Origin: a virus
Taxonomy: Duplodnaviria; Caudoviricetes
IMG/VR virus record: IMGVR_UViG_3300036987_000310
Span: 192,001-256,000 of that record
Length of the DNA: 64,000 nucleotides
Reading direction: 5' to 3' (one strand)
Translations under genes and position numbers: made by a program
Shown here: positions 62,551 through 64,000 of the stretch, one piece after another
Position numbering within the stretch: the first letter of the stretch is position 1
Layout of the letters: the number at the start of each line of letters is the position of its first letter
Notes under the pieces: model-generated
The model's database searches: none
The model's input: only the letters and a program-made list of their open reading frames with translations
Told to the model about the DNA's origin: nothing

Positions 62551-63003
62551 ATGGGAAAGCGGGACCCGTTGGCTGCGTGTCCAGATTTTCAGGACTTTGT
62601 TGACTCCATGGACTTCCAACAGTTGACGGAGCTGGAGACGGTTGTGCGCGTCGCAATGGCTCGACAAAAGCGTGACATGGCAAAAGCTGCCGGGTACGCT
62701 TTTAGCGAACGCTTTGCCGATCGCGCACCTGAAAGCTACGTCACAGGCATTTCAGAGCTGCTTTTCAACACTCCAATTGGGTTGTTGAAAGTCGTTGACT
62801 TGGAGTTCGAGGAACCAACAGTTACCTTGAATAACAAGAAGGTTGGAGAAACGGGGGCTATTGGAGCTTTTGAGCTGGATTTGATAGTTCACTTGCATGG
62901 GGCCAGGAACCTAGGGGAAGCTGAGTGGGAAGTTATGCGCTCCGTGCAAAAATACCGCGATGTCATTGACGAATGGACGGTTTCCGCCGTGCAAGAGGAA
63001 TAG
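62551..63003 (+). CDS. hypothetical protein with C-terminal tag
   Basis: ends WTVSAVQEE*. Confidence 0.75.
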   Translation: MGKRDPLAACPDFQDFVDSMDFQQLTELETVVRVAMARQKRDMAKAAGYAFSERFADRAPESYVTGISELLFNTPIGLLKVVDLEFEEPTVTLNNKKVGETGAIGAFELDLIVHLHGARNLGEAEWEVMRSVQKYRDVIDEWTVSAVQEE

Positions 63004-63028
63004 GCAAACCTGGCCCTCAAAAGCTAAC

Positions 63029-63053
63029 GCAGCTCGGCGCGGTTCGCGCGTAT
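63029..63053 (+). promoter_or_regulatory. promoter-like motif GCAGCT-N13-GCGTAT
   Basis: upstream of 63098. Confidence 0.7.
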
Positions 63054-63097
63054 TCCCCGATGCGGCAATAACGCCGCCTGTTTCCCGAGGTGACGAC

Positions 63098-63358
63098 ATG
63101 ACGAAGCTGGACCTGTTGGCGCGGATTGACCGGCTGGTGGAACAGGGCGCAGTGTCAGTGCAGGCGCTGCCCGAGGGCGTCCGGCTGGACGAGCTGGACG
63201 ATTTCGCCTGCGCGGTCGACCTGTTCGGCGATGCCACCCCGGCGATCGACATCGAGCTCGAGCGATATGTCGACGTCCAGCCCACCGGCCATCGCCGCTG
63301 GGACTCGTCCGAGGACTGCGGCGAGCACTTCATCGACAGCGGCTACATCCTGGACTGA
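63098..63358 (+). CDS. small acidic protein
   Basis: GAGGTGA SD. Confidence 0.7.
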   Translation: MTKLDLLARIDRLVEQGAVSVQALPEGVRLDELDDFACAVDLFGDATPAIDIELERYVDVQPTGHRRWDSSEDCGEHFIDSGYILD

Positions 63359-63398
63359 TGCCGGACGAGCCACCACCAGGGGGTGCTGTTCCCCGAGG

Positions 63399-63423
63399 CG
63401 ACATCGCGCGCTTGTCCGAGTAT
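63399..63423 (+). promoter_or_regulatory. promoter-like motif CGACAT-N13-GAGTAT
   Basis: upstream of 63436. Confidence 0.55.
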
Positions 63424-63435
63424 CGGAGCTAGACG

Positions 63436-63645
63436 ATGACTAACTCGAACGGAGAACCCGTGATGAGACACGTTCTTGTGGAATGCGACGGCGAGCACTT
63501 CCTGGTAAAGGTTGCCGACGACAACGAGTGGGAGCAAACCCTTCGGTACTTCAACGACTGCGGCTTGAAATTCTCCACCCGAGAGTTGCTCGAACCGCTT
63601 GTGCCGGGTGAGCTGAGCGACATCCTTGCCCCAAGGGACGAATAG
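63436..63645 (+). CDS. small acidic protein
   Basis: 69-aa ORF after promoter motif. Confidence 0.6.
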   Translation: MTNSNGEPVMRHVLVECDGEHFLVKVADDNEWEQTLRYFNDCGLKFSTRELLEPLVPGELSDILAPRDE

Positions 63646-63665
63646 CGAGGAATGGGAGAAAATCC

Positions 63666-63899
63666 ATGAAGTACGTCGTCATCGTGGGCCATCCTTTGAT
63701 GCAAAGGGACCCCTGCATGTTCACGGACATTCAGGGCGTGGTTGGCTGCCAGTCTCTGGAGCAGGTTCAGGAGGCGATAAATGCCAACCGCGTCCACCGA
63801 AATGGAGACTGGACTGTGTTCGAGCTGGTCGACGGCAAGTTCCAACAGCGGAGCGTCTGCTTCGAGCCTGACGGCAGAACTGTCAAGAATGTCCAATGA
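63666..63899 (+). CDS. hypothetical protein
   Basis: GGGAG SD. Confidence 0.65.
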   Translation: MKYVVIVGHPLMQRDPCMFTDIQGVVGCQSLEQVQEAINANRVHRNGDWTVFELVDGKFQQRSVCFEPDGRTVKNVQ

Positions 63900-64000
63900 C
63901 AACCCGATGCAGTGCGACGGAGTGGACTTTGGCGGAAACTGGAAACGATGCAAAAACAACCCGGTCGAGTACTGGGTGCGAGTTGAACCCAGCTTCCACT
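63889..64000 (+). CDS. partial ORF, probable family-A zinc finger (truncated by window end)
   Basis: MSNDNPMQC...RCKNNPVEYWVRV... Confidence 0.45.
   Translation, partial: MSNDNPMQCDGVDFGGNWKRCKNNPVEYWVRVEPSFH

Noticed and set aside
23-63003. The C-terminal tag could be an artefact of SD/ATGA translational coupling (GAG GTG ATG = EVM)
   Set aside because: His/Gln codons, GTT/GTC Val and AGC versus TCN Ser break the SD pattern. Many tagged genes have a separate downstream SD (for example the ankyrin TGAGGTGA after the stop) or end at operon ends. Coupling may have seeded some cases but cannot explain the set.
1-64000. Eukaryotic giant-virus origin suggested by ankyrin and SET genes
   Set aside because: Strong Shine-Dalgarno sites, ATGA coupling, a sigma70 factor and a bacterial-type tRNA indicate a bacterial host.
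1-64000. Alternative genetic code (stop-codon reassignment)
   Set aside because: The standard code gives dense, intact genes, and TAA, TAG and TGA all terminate conserved tagged or enzyme genes at the expected position.

Overview
This 64-kb window looks like the accessory/early region of a large (jumbo-type) bacteriophage or a related large mobile element. It holds about 145 mostly small, often translationally coupled ORFs with GGAGGTGA Shine-Dalgarno sites, arranged in two diverging arms (mostly minus strand to ~43.6 kb, plus strand from ~43.7 kb). I saw no integrase, capsid/terminase core, reverse transcriptase or CRISPR array. Recognisable genes: a sigma70-family factor, a SET-domain methyltransferase, five ankyrin-repeat proteins, a SWIM-fused ATP-dependent DNA ligase, a stand-alone BRCT protein, a MoxR-type AAA+ ATPase plus HExxH/VWA partner, three homing-endonuclease-like genes and a tRNA-Lys(UUU). 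Two window-wide patterns stand out. (1) About 60 otherwise unrelated proteins (61 by hand count) end in the same C-terminal motif, [VILM]-x-x-[VITL]-[MHQ]-x-x-stop (VMES, VHES, VQEA...), usually after an acidic helix. It is encoded by varied synonymous codons, appended to several expanded adaptor-like families (tiny zinc fingers, ankyrins), absent from the recognisable enzymes, and also present as orphan or decayed tail-only DNA fragments. This suggests an undescribed modular docking/targeting tag system. (2) About 36 copies of a bipartite promoter-like motif (G[GC]A[GA]NN-N13-G[CA]GTA[TC]) with a constant 13-bp spacer sit just upstream of SD sites. All calls were made by eye; no database searches were run, and adjusted start codons are my own choices.
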